NCBI RefSeq assembly: GCF_024521635.1
Contig: NW_026250408.1
Location: 1,178,001-1,242,000, forward strand
Length of the DNA: 64,000 nucleotides
Source: Tricharina praecox
Taxonomy: Eukaryota
Direction: 5' to 3'
This document shows, one piece after another, positions 48,771-59,522 of this stretch (position 1 is its first letter; every line of letters starts with the position of its first letter). Made by a program: the position numbers and the translations under genes. The notes beneath the pieces were generated by a model. It was not told where the DNA came from, did no database searches, and saw nothing but the letters and a program-made list of their open reading frames with translations.

Positions 48771-50774
48771 ATGTCCTCCTCAAACCTCGACATGCTCCGC
48801 CTCGAACTTCCTCAGACCCTAAGCAATGCGCTCGTTAGCATTCCGCAAGCATCTGAAACTGTCGAAGTACGAAACCCAGCAGCTTGGCTCATGCTGATGA
48901 ACCACCAATACCAAACGGCACAAAGAGACCTGCGCCAACTTTACCAAGCATGCGATCAGAAGTTCAACGAAGAGGACTCCAGAATGCAGGAAATCAGAAG
49001 GAACTACGAACAACTCTGCGATGGGGTCAAGTATGTGTACAACCTCTACACTCACAATGCCGAAATGAATACAGAATGGCTTCGAACCGAGCTGTCAACG
49101 GTAGCGAACGTAACGCACGCCCTGAGCAGCGACGTATTGGCAGTCATTCGAGAACGTAACCAGAAAGATGAAGACAACCGCGAGTTGCAAAGCGTCGCAA
49201 ACGCTCGGCTACAAGACGCCATCGTGTTCCTTGAAACGGCGCAAGTCGAACAACGCAGGGAGCAAGCGGTGTACAACCGCAACGTGGAAATTTGGGCAGG
49301 GAAACAGGAAGAGAAGGCAGAGTACCTCTACAAAGAGCAACAGCGAATCAAGGAAAAAATCGCTCGAGCGGAGAAAAAATTGAAGGCTGTAGAGGTAAGG
49401 ACAGGGAAGGCGAAGGAAAAGGCCCCAGAGTGGGTAAACACCACCCCAAGAGGAGGATCGCGGGCAGAAAGGTCAGCAACAAGGGAAACTCCGGCAGGTG
49501 CAGGAATGTCCCCTCCTCCTCCACCCCCAAGACGTCCGGTGACTAACCTTGGAGGTGATCCCTCGGATGAGGAACCATCGGATGATGACGATTCCATCCC
49601 CTTGCCGCGTCGTTCGCCGCCCCGTCACCGACACGCTCCGCTACCAAGAGAAGACGGCGGAGACGAAGAGAGTCGCTTCGCTCGGATAATCGCTGCTGCC
49701 GTCTCCGCATCGAACCCGAGGGCCATCAAGCTTAAAATGAAAGAGCCCAAGCCGTTCGATGGCAAGCAAAGAACAGCCTTCCGTCCATGGTGGGACTCAG
49801 TTGAAGAATATCTTGAGTTCCACCCAGAGACAAACGAGCAGCAGAAGATAGCGTGGGTGGGATCCCGACTGGAAGGGACAGCGGCAGAATGGCATCAGGC
49901 CCGTCGAAAAAGCCTGAGGCAGCTACACTTGGAAGATACCTGGCAGGCGTACCAAGAGGCACTCAAGGAGGCGTACCGCGACACGCAGGAAGGAGCGAAC
50001 GCATTAAGAAGGATGTGGGCCCTCGAATACAAAGGAGACATTCAGGCTTACATGACCTCCTTCCGATCGCTCAACATGATCGCTCGCGCCACCGGCGAAC
50101 CGCTACAAGACATAGTCAACCAGGCCATGACTACCGACATCGTCGATATGTGCTTCAACCAGCACACCGAACCCTACGAAGACGATGAAGACTTCCTGGA
50201 AACGGTGCTCAGGGCTGGCAACCATGTGGAACGACGGGACGCGCTGAAAAAGGCAAGGGCAATGAGGAAAGGGGGATCGGGTAGCCAGGGTTCCGGCGGC
50301 GACCGGAAGGGACCTGGCAACGGCCGGCAGGGCCAAGCAAAGGGAAGAGACCCCGGGGGCCGCAAGGAAAGCGGGGAGTCCCCGGAGGGCCGAAAGGCCA
50401 AGGAAGCAACAGGAGTCAGGAAGGGAAGGACAAGGGAAGGGGACATCTACGCAGGAGCAAAGGAGGCTCTGGTAGGGGTTCCCCAGAAGGAGATCGATGC
50501 CCACAAAGCATCCAAGTGCGACTGTTGGCGTTGCGGACGAGACGGCCACCGAACCTTCCAATGCTACGCCAGAAAAACAGTCGCGGGTACCGAACTCCCC
50601 GAGAGTCCAAAGGTGTCATCCGTGCCAAAGAGAAAGCGGGACACCCAGCATGCCGAACCCACTCGACCGAGGTCCAAGCAACACAAGGCTGCGGCGGTTG
50701 TGGTGGAGGATGAAGCAATGACGGAGGCCCCTCCATTCTGGGAAAGGAATGAGAGTGAGCCGGAGGATTTTTGA
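48771..50774 (+). CDS. gag: Element C Gag (667 aa, intact)
   Basis: Coiled-coil N-terminus, Pro-rich linker, capsid-like region (PKPFDGK..WW) and zinc knuckle CWRCGRDGHRTFQC. Confidence 0.9.
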   Translation: MSSSNLDMLRLELPQTLSNALVSIPQASETVEVRNPAAWLMLMNHQYQTAQRDLRQLYQACDQKFNEEDSRMQEIRRNYEQLCDGVKYVYNLYTHNAEMNTEWLRTELSTVANVTHALSSDVLAVIRERNQKDEDNRELQSVANARLQDAIVFLETAQVEQRREQAVYNRNVEIWAGKQEEKAEYLYKEQQRIKEKIARAEKKLKAVEVRTGKAKEKAPEWVNTTPRGGSRAERSATRETPAGAGMSPPPPPPRRPVTNLGGDPSDEEPSDDDDSIPLPRRSPPRHRHAPLPREDGGDEESRFARIIAAAVSASNPRAIKLKMKEPKPFDGKQRTAFRPWWDSVEEYLEFHPETNEQQKIAWVGSRLEGTAAEWHQARRKSLRQLHLEDTWQAYQEALKEAYRDTQEGANALRRMWALEYKGDIQAYMTSFRSLNMIARATGEPLQDIVNQAMTTDIVDMCFNQHTEPYEDDEDFLETVLRAGNHVERRDALKKARAMRKGGSGSQGSGGDRKGPGNGRQGQAKGRDPGGRKESGESPEGRKAKEATGVRKGRTREGDIYAGAKEALVGVPQKEIDAHKASKCDCWRCGRDGHRTFQCYARKTVAGTELPESPKVSSVPKRKRDTQHAEPTRPRSKQHKAAAVVVEDEAMTEAPPFWERNESEPEDF

Positions 50775-51668
50775 GCGGCCCCAGCACTCCGCAGACTGGA
50801 CGGCCAAGTGTATATGTTTGCGGAACGAAGAGACCACGGCCTCAGGATATCGACAGCGAATCCAGAGATAAGCGAAGACGAACGGACCAACCTATTGCTA
50901 CGAGTCCAACCGCGCCGAGCGCCTCAGGGTGTGAGCCCCCAAAACCTGTCAGCGGACCACGACCAATCATAGAAATGATGCTCCTCTGGTCTGAGCACAA
51001 GCAACGACGGATCCGAGTACTCCTTGACACAGGATGTGCCATTCCGATCATCAAACGAAGCCTTGCACGATGTCACGGCTCACGACGGAATGATGAAGGG
51101 AGGGTCGGCACAAGGATCAGGAGAATTGGGGGGCAGTGCAGAGGCAGTGCACCGGCAGTGCAAGGATGAGTCGCAGAGGATTTGGGGCTGTGTGCAGGGA
51201 GCAGGGATAGCGCAGTAATGAGTCGCAGGATATTGGGGCTGTGTGCAGGAAGCAGGGGTAGTGCGGCTGCGCAGGGTGTGAGTCACGGAAGTGGGGTACT
51301 GGCAAGGTGGATTTCTCAGGGTCTGGCACACGCCCACGGTCATTGTCAGGTTGCGGGAAGAAGTGGAGGATTTTCTATATAAACGGGCCGTTGCCCCTCT
51401 GTATTTAGTTCTTCACGCAACAACTTGTTAATTCAATCACTGTTACCTCTGTCCTTGCCTCGGCTGCCGTCTGCGCCGTAGTCCTTGTCCCTGCCTCTGT
51501 TCTCAGTTGCCGTCTGCACTGAGCCCTGCCTCACCTTGTCTCCTGTACCCGTCTTGCCCCTACCGAACCCAGAACCCGATCCCCAGCCCGACTTCGCTAC
51601 CTGGAGCCTTGCCCGACCGTGCCTTTACACTTTGTTGCGTCCCCCATCTCTCCACCTAGCGAACTACC

Positions 51669-52865
51669 ATGGCCACCAACACTCAGGTACCCGACGTCCC
51701 CCAGCAGGACGAAGTACCGGTGGCTCCCCCCTTCTACCGAGAAATTCCCGCCGCCATCTACGAACAACTCGAAATCATCGTCAATCACGATGCACCCGCC
51801 GACGATGCAACCCTGATGGGATTGTACAACGAATTCAGAATCCTTGCCCGCGCAATCACCCTGTCCCCGACAGCGATACCAACCTGGCGATTCGACGACC
51901 TCGAAGAACAACTTGCCGATGCCCGCCGGATCGCCAACCGCCTCGCCACCGTCGAAGCCCACCCTCAAAGCCGCGCTGAGCGTGTCCCAGAGCCCGCCAT
52001 GTTCGACGGAACACGCGACAAACTCGAAGGGTTCGTTGCGCAACTTCGACTCAAGCTATACAGCGACCCAGCCCGTTTCCCCACTCCAGCACTCCGAATG
52101 GCCTACGCCTTCAACCGCTTGGAAGGCCGCGCCCAAGCCCAGATCCTGCCATACATCGAGAATCACAACATCACCCTCACTGATGCTGATGCGATAATCA
52201 CACTCCTGAACAATGCGTTTGGTGACCCCGACCCAGCGGCCACCGCTCGAGCCAAGCTGCACCACCTGAAACAAGGCAATAAGGAGTTCACCTCCTACTT
52301 TGCGGAATTCCAGATGCTCGTCTCCAAGCTCAATTGGGACGAGCATGCGAAACTTGACGCACTGCGAGAAGGAGTATCCATCGAACTCCACCGGCAACTT
52401 GTGGGCCGTACTCAGGGTCTCAACTACGACGGGTTTGTGGCCCTCTGCCAACGCCTCGACTCCGAGCTGCGTGCCCTCCAACTTCGTGAGGGACGCCGTA
52501 CCATCAACCCCCCTCGGCAGAGTAGCGCCCCACAACCCACGGCGCCGCTCAGGCACACCACCCAGAACACCATGCCCGTGACGACCACTGCCACAGGAAC
52601 GGCCCCCGGAGCTATGGACTTGAGTGCCAACAGCCGCAGGATCTCAGATCAAGAGCGTGCCGCTCGACTCCGCGAAGGCCGCTGTCTGTACTGTGGAGGA
52701 AGTGGCCACATGGCGAGGCACTGCCCCAACAAGAACCGAAATCCGTTCCGAGCAGCCGTTGCCCGGCTGGAGACAACTCAGCCGACCAACACCACCCCGG
52801 CTCACACCTATCACAACTGCAACCAGGATTGCGGCGAGACCTCCCAGCAGTCGGGAAAAGCCTAG
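51669..52865 (+). CDS. gag: Element B2 Gag (398 aa)
   Basis: Motifs PEPAMFDG, YAFNRLEGRA and LKQGNKEFTSYFAEF, then GAMDL and zinc knuckle CLYCGGSGHMARHC. Confidence 0.93.
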   Translation: MATNTQVPDVPQQDEVPVAPPFYREIPAAIYEQLEIIVNHDAPADDATLMGLYNEFRILARAITLSPTAIPTWRFDDLEEQLADARRIANRLATVEAHPQSRAERVPEPAMFDGTRDKLEGFVAQLRLKLYSDPARFPTPALRMAYAFNRLEGRAQAQILPYIENHNITLTDADAIITLLNNAFGDPDPAATARAKLHHLKQGNKEFTSYFAEFQMLVSKLNWDEHAKLDALREGVSIELHRQLVGRTQGLNYDGFVALCQRLDSELRALQLREGRRTINPPRQSSAPQPTAPLRHTTQNTMPVTTTATGTAPGAMDLSANSRRISDQERAARLREGRCLYCGGSGHMARHCPNKNRNPFRAAVARLETTQPTNTTPAHTYHNCNQDCGETSQQSGKA

Positions 52866-55800
52866 ACCAACAACCGCTTGATGGCACTGTTGTTGGTCGT
52901 ACCCAGGATAAGTCTTTGTCTCCTATGTTCCCTATTTTCCGTCTGTCTAGTCTCTCAGTGTCAGGAATGGTTGTGGAAGAATCATCAATGGAAGGAAAAC
53001 ATCTTGTTGTATTGTGTAACCTTTCGTTTGGTGACAAAACCATTGCCACGCATGCGCTGATCGACTGTGGGGCAACCGGAATTGCATTTGTAGACAAAGA
53101 CTTCGCCCGCCATCACCACCTACCCCTCGTACCCCTGAAATCCCCGCGCACCCTCGAAGTCATCGATGGCCGTCCCATCGAGTCAGGCGACATCACACAT
53201 GTTGCCACCACCACCCTGTCCATACAGGAACACCACGAAGAAATCCCTATGTTTGTCACCAAACTAGGCCACTACCCGGTTGTACTCGGAATCCCCTGGA
53301 TGGACCTCCACGATGTGGCCATCCGGTTCAGCTCCCGAACCCTCACCTTTGGCTCCCAATACTGTACAGCCAACTGCAATGCAGTGCCCACAGTTGCACA
53401 TGGAATCACCACCGGCCCACCTGACGTATCTACCTATGCTCTCGCGTCAAAAGCAGCTCAGGAAGAGCCAGCGGTAAGCGCGGGGGCCGGCGACATCGTG
53501 GCCCGCTGCATTACGTCTCCCCCAAGGATGAATCACCAAGAATGCACTAACCTTTCAAGGGAAACCACAGTCAGAATCTCAGCCTTACGGATGGAGTCAT
53601 TCCAAGAACTGGTCAGCAAGGAAAGCCTTACGATTTTCAACACCACTCTTGCCGAAGTCAACGGCGCACTGGAAGGAAACAAGGACCCCACGGCACATAT
53701 CCCTCACGAATATCACGAGTTCCTACCGCTGTTCTCTGAAGCCCTCGCCCAGAACTTGCCACCGCACCGACACTACGACCATAAGATCCCACTCAAGAAG
53801 GGATTTACGCCCCCATACGGACCACTGTACTCACTTTCGAAAACGGAGCTTGTCGCATTGAAGGAATGGCTTGACGACAACCTTAGCAAAGGTTTCATCC
53901 GTGCCTCTTCCTCTCCAGCAGCATCGCCAATCCTGTTTGTCAAGAAATCGGACGGCTCCCTACGCCTGTGTGTGGATTACAGGGGCCTGAACGAAGGAAC
54001 AATCAAGAACAGGTACCCACTCCCACTCCTCCAAGAAACTCTGATGCGGCTATCCGGGGCGAAATACTTCACCACCCTGGATATCCGCGGTGCCTACAAC
54101 CTTGTGCGGATGGCGGAAGGAGAAGAGTGGAAAACTGCCTTCCGGACACGCTACGGGCTCTTCGAATCCCTCGTCATGCCCTTCGGCCTCACCAACGCCC
54201 CTGCCGACTTCCAAGCTCTGATCAACGATGTGCTACGCCCGTTCCTCGACGACTTCTGTACCGCATTCATCGATGACGTCTTCATTTACAGCGGATCCTT
54301 ACATGAACACCGGAAACATGTCAGGAAAGTACTTCAGGCCTTATCAGCAGCCGGTCTACATCTCAAACCCGAAAAATGTCATTTCCACCAGACAGAAGTC
54401 AAATATTTGGGACTGATCATTACAACAAACGGGATCAAGATGGACCCAGCGAAAGTCTCCTGCATACTGGAATGGGAGGAGCCGAGTACCGTCACCGATG
54501 TGCAATGCTTTCTGGGATTTGCGAACTTCTACCGGCGATTCATCCAAGACTATTCCAAGGTGGTATCCCCATTGACAGCATTGACCAAGAAGGAGGATGG
54601 AAAGTATGTTCCCTTCGTGTGGGGACCGGAACAGCAGAAAGCATTCGACGAACTAAAAACAGCATTCACCTCGGCCCCGATCCTCCGGCACTTCGACTAC
54701 GATCGGCAGATAGTAGTGGAAACTGACGCCTCCGACTACGTCTCTGCCGGCGTCCTATCTCAGTACGACAACGAGGGAATCCTGCACCCAGTGGCATTCT
54801 ATTCCAAGAAACATTCCCCGGCAGAATGCAACTACGAGATCTACGACAAAGAACTCCTCGCAATCGTCCGCGCCTTTGAGGAGTGGAGACCACATCTGGA
54901 GGGCGCTCCTCACCCCATCCAAGTCCTAAGCGACCACAAGAATCTGGAGTATTTCATGACAACGAAACTACTTAACCGACGACAAGCGCGATGGTCAGAG
55001 TTCCTTTCCCGTTTCCATTTCAAGATTGTCTACCGACCAGGCAAAGCGGGAGGAAAACCGGATGCACTGACCAGGAGGTCAGGAGACCTCCCTAAAGAAG
55101 GGGATGAAGGATTGCTTGCCAACCAGCAGGCGGTCCTGAAACCGGACAACCTACCGGAAGAGCTCCGGTTGGCAGCAACCAACACACCCGAACAACACCG
55201 TCCCCTCCTCACGTCACTGATAACAGAAGGCTACGACATAGACCCCGTCCCAAATCGAATCCTCGAGCTACTCCGAAATGGTACACGCCACTCGAAGGAG
55301 ATCTCCTTGGCCGAATGCCGCGAAGTCAACGGGCGACTGATCTACCGAGACTGCCTCTATGTTCCAGAGTACGACCGACTCCGACTACGACTGATCCAGG
55401 ACCACCACGACCCACCGACCATGGGGCACCCAGGGCGCGCAAAAACCCTGGAACTACTTGCTCGAAGGTACTACTGGCCACAGATGCGAAAGGACGTTGA
55501 CCAGTTTGTCCGAAACTGCCACACCTGCCGACGAACCAAGGCCACCCGGCACGCACCCTATGGTGTCCTGCGCCCCCTCCCAGTACCCGAGAAGCCATGG
55601 CAACACATCTCAGTCGACTTTGTCACTGGCTTACTGGCCTCAAAGGGGTTTGACGCCATCTGTGTTTTTGTTGACCGACTGACCAAGCAACGCCATCTCC
55701 TACCATGTACCACGACCATCACCTCGGAAGGACTGGCCGAGCTGTTCTGCGACCGGATCTTCAGGTACCACGGGTTGCCAGAAAGCATCGTCTCGGATAG

Positions 55801-56851
55801 GGGTCCCCAGTTTGCCTCGAGATTCTGGAAACACCTATGCTCATGCCTCAAGATCGAGCCACGCCTGTCAACTGCCTTCCACCCCCAGACCGACGGCCAA
55901 ACCGAACGGATGAACGCTGTCATGGAACAGCACCTCCGCGCGTACGTCAGCTACCTCCAGGATGACTGGGTCGACTACCTCTTCTTGGCTGAATTCGCTG
56001 GCAACAACCAGGTCTCCGACACGACTACCCTGTCCCCATTCTTCGCTAACCTAGGATACCACCCACGGTGTGACTTTGAGCTGGATATCCGTGTCGACAC
56101 CAAGGAGGAACATCAAGCTCAGAGTGCAGCGGAACGGTTGCATCAAATCCACGACGTCGCCCGCAGCCAAATGCGGTATGCCCAGGCACGGCAACAGGAC
56201 GACTCCGACCGGCACCGAACCCCTGCGCCAGCCTTCCAACCAGGCGACATGGTATGGGTGGATGGTCGGAACTGGCGCACCGAGAGACCCAGTCGCAAGC
56301 TGGAAAACAAACACCATGGTCCCTACCGTGTGATTCGGACAATCGGAACCCACGCCTACGAATTGGACATCCCGGACACCGTTCAGAAGCACCGAACATT
56401 TCCTGTATCCCTCCTTCATGCCTCCGCTGACGATCCCTTCCCTGGACAAACTCCACCGCCACCACTTCCGGTAATCGTGGACGACCAAGAAGAATGGGAG
56501 GTTGAAGAGGTCCTGGACAGCCGGAACCTCAGGGGCAAACTCCAGTACCTGGTGAAATGGAGAGGCTACGCGGCACCAACATGGGAACCAGAGGAGAACC
56601 TTACTGAGGTACAAGCTGTGGACGACTTCCATCGACGATACCCCATGCAGCCTGGACCAGTCGAACTTGCTCTCGTGGGAACTCGAGCCTTAGGAGGGAC
56701 TACTGTCACGGCTCACGACGGAATGATGAAGGGAGGGTCGGCACAAGGATCAGGAGAATTGGGGGACAGTGCAGAGGCAGTGCACCGGCAGTGCAAGGAT
56801 GAGTCGCAGAGGATTTGGGGCTGTGTGCAGGGAGCAGGGATAGCGCAGTAA
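52853..56851 (+). CDS. pol: Element B2 Pol (PR-RT-RNase H-IN-chromodomain), in the -1 frame relative to gag
   Basis: Motifs LIDCGA, FIDD, VETDAS, H..H..CHTC, SVDF/SDRG/TERMN and WEVEEVLD..YLVKWRGY. Open for about 1330 codons. Confidence 0.93.
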   Translation, partial: GKSLDQQPLDGTVVGRTQDKSLSPMFPIFRLSSLSVSGMVVEESSMEGKHLVVLCNLSFGDKTIATHALIDCGATGIAFVDKDFARHHHLPLVPLKSPRTLEVIDGRPIESGDITHVATTTLSIQEHHEEIPMFVTKLGHYPVVLGIPWMDLHDVAIRFSSRTLTFGSQYCTANCNAVPTVAHGITTGPPDVSTYALASKAAQEEPAVSAGAGDIVARCITSPPRMNHQECTNLSRETTVRISALRMESFQELVSKESLTIFNTTLAEVNGALEGNKDPTAHIPHEYHEFLPLFSEALAQNLPPHRHYDHKIPLKKGFTPPYGPLYSLSKTELVALKEWLDDNLSKGFIRASSSPAASPILFVKKSDGSLRLCVDYRGLNEGTIKNRYPLPLLQETLMRLSGAKYFTTLDIRGAYNLVRMAEGEEWKTAFRTRYGLFESLVMPFGLTNAPADFQALINDVLRPFLDDFCTAFIDDVFIYSGSLHEHRKHVRKVLQALSAAGLHLKPEKCHFHQTEVKYLGLIITTNGIKMDPAKVSCILEWEEPSTVTDVQCFLGFANFYRRFIQDYSKVVSPLTALTKKEDGKYVPFVWGPEQQKAFDELKTAFTSAPILRHFDYDRQIVVETDASDYVSAGVLSQYDNEGILHPVAFYSKKHSPAECNYEIYDKELLAIVRAFEEWRPHLEGAPHPIQVLSDHKNLEYFMTTKLLNRRQARWSEFLSRFHFKIVYRPGKAGGKPDALTRRSGDLPKEGDEGLLANQQAVLKPDNLPEELRLAATNTPEQHRPLLTSLITEGYDIDPVPNRILELLRNGTRHSKEISLAECREVNGRLIYRDCLYVPEYDRLRLRLIQDHHDPPTMGHPGRAKTLELLARRYYWPQMRKDVDQFVRNCHTCRRTKATRHAPYGVLRPLPVPEKPWQHISVDFVTGLLASKGFDAICVFVDRLTKQRHLLPCTTTITSEGLAELFCDRIFRYHGLPESIVSDRGPQFASRFWKHLCSCLKIEPRLSTAFHPQTDGQTERMNAVMEQHLRAYVSYLQDDWVDYLFLAEFAGNNQVSDTTTLSPFFANLGYHPRCDFELDIRVDTKEEHQAQSAAERLHQIHDVARSQMRYAQARQQDDSDRHRTPAPAFQPGDMVWVDGRNWRTERPSRKLENKHHGPYRVIRTIGTHAYELDIPDTVQKHRTFPVSLLHASADDPFPGQTPPPPLPVIVDDQEEWEVEEVLDSRNLRGKLQYLVKWRGYAAPTWEPEENLTEVQAVDDFHRRYPMQPGPVELALVGTRALGGTTVTAHDGMMKGGSAQGSGELGDSAEAVHRQCKDESQRIWGCVQGAGIAQ

Positions 56852-59522
56852 TGAGTCGCAGGATATTGGGGCTGTGTGCAGGAAGCAGGGGTAGTGCGGC
56901 TGCGCAGGGTGTGAGTCACGGAAGTGGGGTACTGGCAAGGTGGATTTCTCAGGGTCTGGCACACGCCCACGGTCATTGTCAGGTTGCGGGAAGAAGTGGA
57001 GGATTTTCTATATAAACGGGCCGTTGCCCCTCTGTATTTAGTTCTTCACGCAACAACTTGTTAATTCAATCACTGTTACCTCTGTCCTTGCCTCGGCTGC
57101 CGTCTGCGCCGTAGTCCTTGTCCCTGCCTCTGTTCTCAGTTGCCGTCTGCACTGAGCCCTGCCTCACCTTGTCTCCTGTACCCGTCTTGCCCCTACCGAA
57201 CCCAGAACCCGATCCCCAGCCCGACTTCGCTACCTGGAGCCTTGCCCGACCGTGCCGTTACACACGAGAACTTGGGTTGCCCCTCATTCAACGGCCCAAG
57301 CCGGTGGAAATCAAGGACTTCCACGGAACCATAGTGGAAGGAGCCGGGGAATATTATACAATGCCGATGCTCCTTCAACACCGGAGGCACTACACCAACG
57401 AAACCTTCGAAGTGGCTCCCTTGGACGGCTGCGATGCCTACCTCCCGTATTGGTGGATGGCTAAGCATGAACCGACAGGGTTGTGGGAGAATGAAGCACA
57501 GAAAGTTCGCTTCACCAGCACCCGATGCAAGGAACAATGCACCTTGCAACAAGCAACCAGCTTTCCGATGGAACTTGACACGTCTGTCATTCACAATTCG
57601 GAGGCTCGCATTATTGGATACGTCTCAGCTGGCCCGGAATCAGATCCCCCCATGAATCTGCTTCCGGAGAAGTTCAGACGATATGCCAACATCATGAGCA
57701 AGGAAGCAGCCGATAAGCTTCCCGACCACAAGTCCTACGACCACGCAATCGATCTCAAGGAAGGAGAGACTCCTCCATGGGGTCCTATCTATGCGCTGTC
57801 AGAGAAAGAACTTGAAGCCCTCAGGGAGTGGCTCAAGGAGATGCTCCAGACAGGCAAGATTCGAAGATCCAAATCACCAGCCGGGGCGCCGATATTATTT
57901 GTACCAAAGGCGCACGGCAGGGGTCTCCGATTGTGTGTCGACTATCGCGGTATCAACAAGATTACCGTAGCCAATCGCTACCCACTCCCGATCATGGCAG
58001 AGTTGCAAGACCGAGTCAGGGGTGCGAAAGTCTTCACCAAGATTGATCTGAAGAATGGCTATCACCTTATCCGCATCAAGGAAGGGGACGAGTGGAAGAC
58101 GGCTTTCCGCTGTCGATACGGACTGTTTGAGTTTTTGGTCATGCCGTTTGGGCTGACCAACGCTCCAGCGACGTTTCAGGACATGATTAACCACATATTT
58201 CGGGATATGTTGGACCTGGGACTGGTCGCATACATCGATGACCTCCTCATCTATGCTAAGACGCACGAGGAGCATGACAAGATAGTCATCGAGGTACTAA
58301 AGAGGTTGGAAGAAAATAAGTTGGCAATCTCACCAGAGAAGTGTGTCTGGTCGACAAGGAGAGTCGAGTTCCTAGGATACGTGATATCCCAAGATGGAAT
58401 TGAGATGGCTAAGGACAAGGTGGAATCTGTGCTCTCGTGGGAGGCGCCGCGGTCCCTGAAGGAAGTACAAGCCTCTCTTGGGTTCGCCAATTTTTACAGG
58501 CGCTTCATCAAGGATTTCTCAAAGATCACGAGACCCTTGACCGAGAGCACAAAAGAAAAAGGGAAGGATTGGAGATGGACAGGAGAAATGGAACTGGCCT
58601 TCGAGGAGCTGAAGTCTAGGTTCACCACGGCACCGATTCTCAGGCACTTCAACCCAGAATTACCTGTCGTGGTGGAATCCGACGCTTCCGACTTCGCGTT
58701 GGGCGCGGTGCTGTCTCAAAGGGCAGAGGATGGGAAGTTACACCCAGTTGCGTTCCACTCAAGAAAGTTTACCCCAGCCGAAATCAACTTCGAGATTCAC
58801 GATAAGGAACTACTCGCGATAGTAGACTCTTTCAAACGCTGGCGGCAATACCTCGAGGGAGCAAAACACCAGATCCAGGTGTACAGCGACCACCAGAACC
58901 TTGAGTACTTCACAACCACGAAAGTACTCAATCGACGGCAGGCGAGATGGGCACAAGAACTCGCTGGCATCGACTTCAAAATCTACTACCGGCCCGGCAG
59001 CCAGAATGGCAAGCCTGACGCATTATCCAGGCGCCCGGAGTACCGCCCTGAAAAAGGGGGGGGTGAAGATCAGCCGATTACGACGATCCTGCATAAATCA
59101 CACTTTGCAGGCGACGATTCGAGAGTTTCATCAATCAGCACCGGAGGCGAAAGCACCGTGTTCCTGGCTTCGTCAACTCGGCTACAATCAATCCCCGTGC
59201 CAAAGTGGAATGAAGAATTTCTGGGTTGGGTCAGGAAGGCAGGAAAGAAAGATGCTGGGTATCAGGAGGCTCTGAGTAGCATCAAGGATACGAACGAGGA
59301 CGCGGCTCAGAAGGACACTGAGTCGGAGGGCCGAAAGGCCTGGGGACTGGCCGCCGAGAGTAGGGACTCCGGTAGGATGGGTCGAAAGGCCAGGATTTTG
59401 AGGATGGAAGAGGGGTGCCTGTATAGGAAAGAAAGGCTATGGGTACCAGACGACAAGGAACTCGTCAGACACATCCTCGAGTCGGAACACGATACGAAAG
59501 TCGCGGGGCATATGGGCCAGGA

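Larger units (their letters stand above)
51071..57262 (+). mobile_element. Ty3/Gypsy chromovirus family B, copy B2, structurally intact
   Basis: 559-bp LTRs at 51071-51629 and 56704-57262 (2 differences by eye). TSD CACGA at 51066-51070 and 57263-57267. Uninterrupted gag and pol. Confidence 0.97.

Noticed and set aside
54266..54277. RT motif FIDD instead of YxDD as a sign of inactivation
   Set aside because: It is present in both B1 and B2 with the catalytic DD intact, so it is a family variant.
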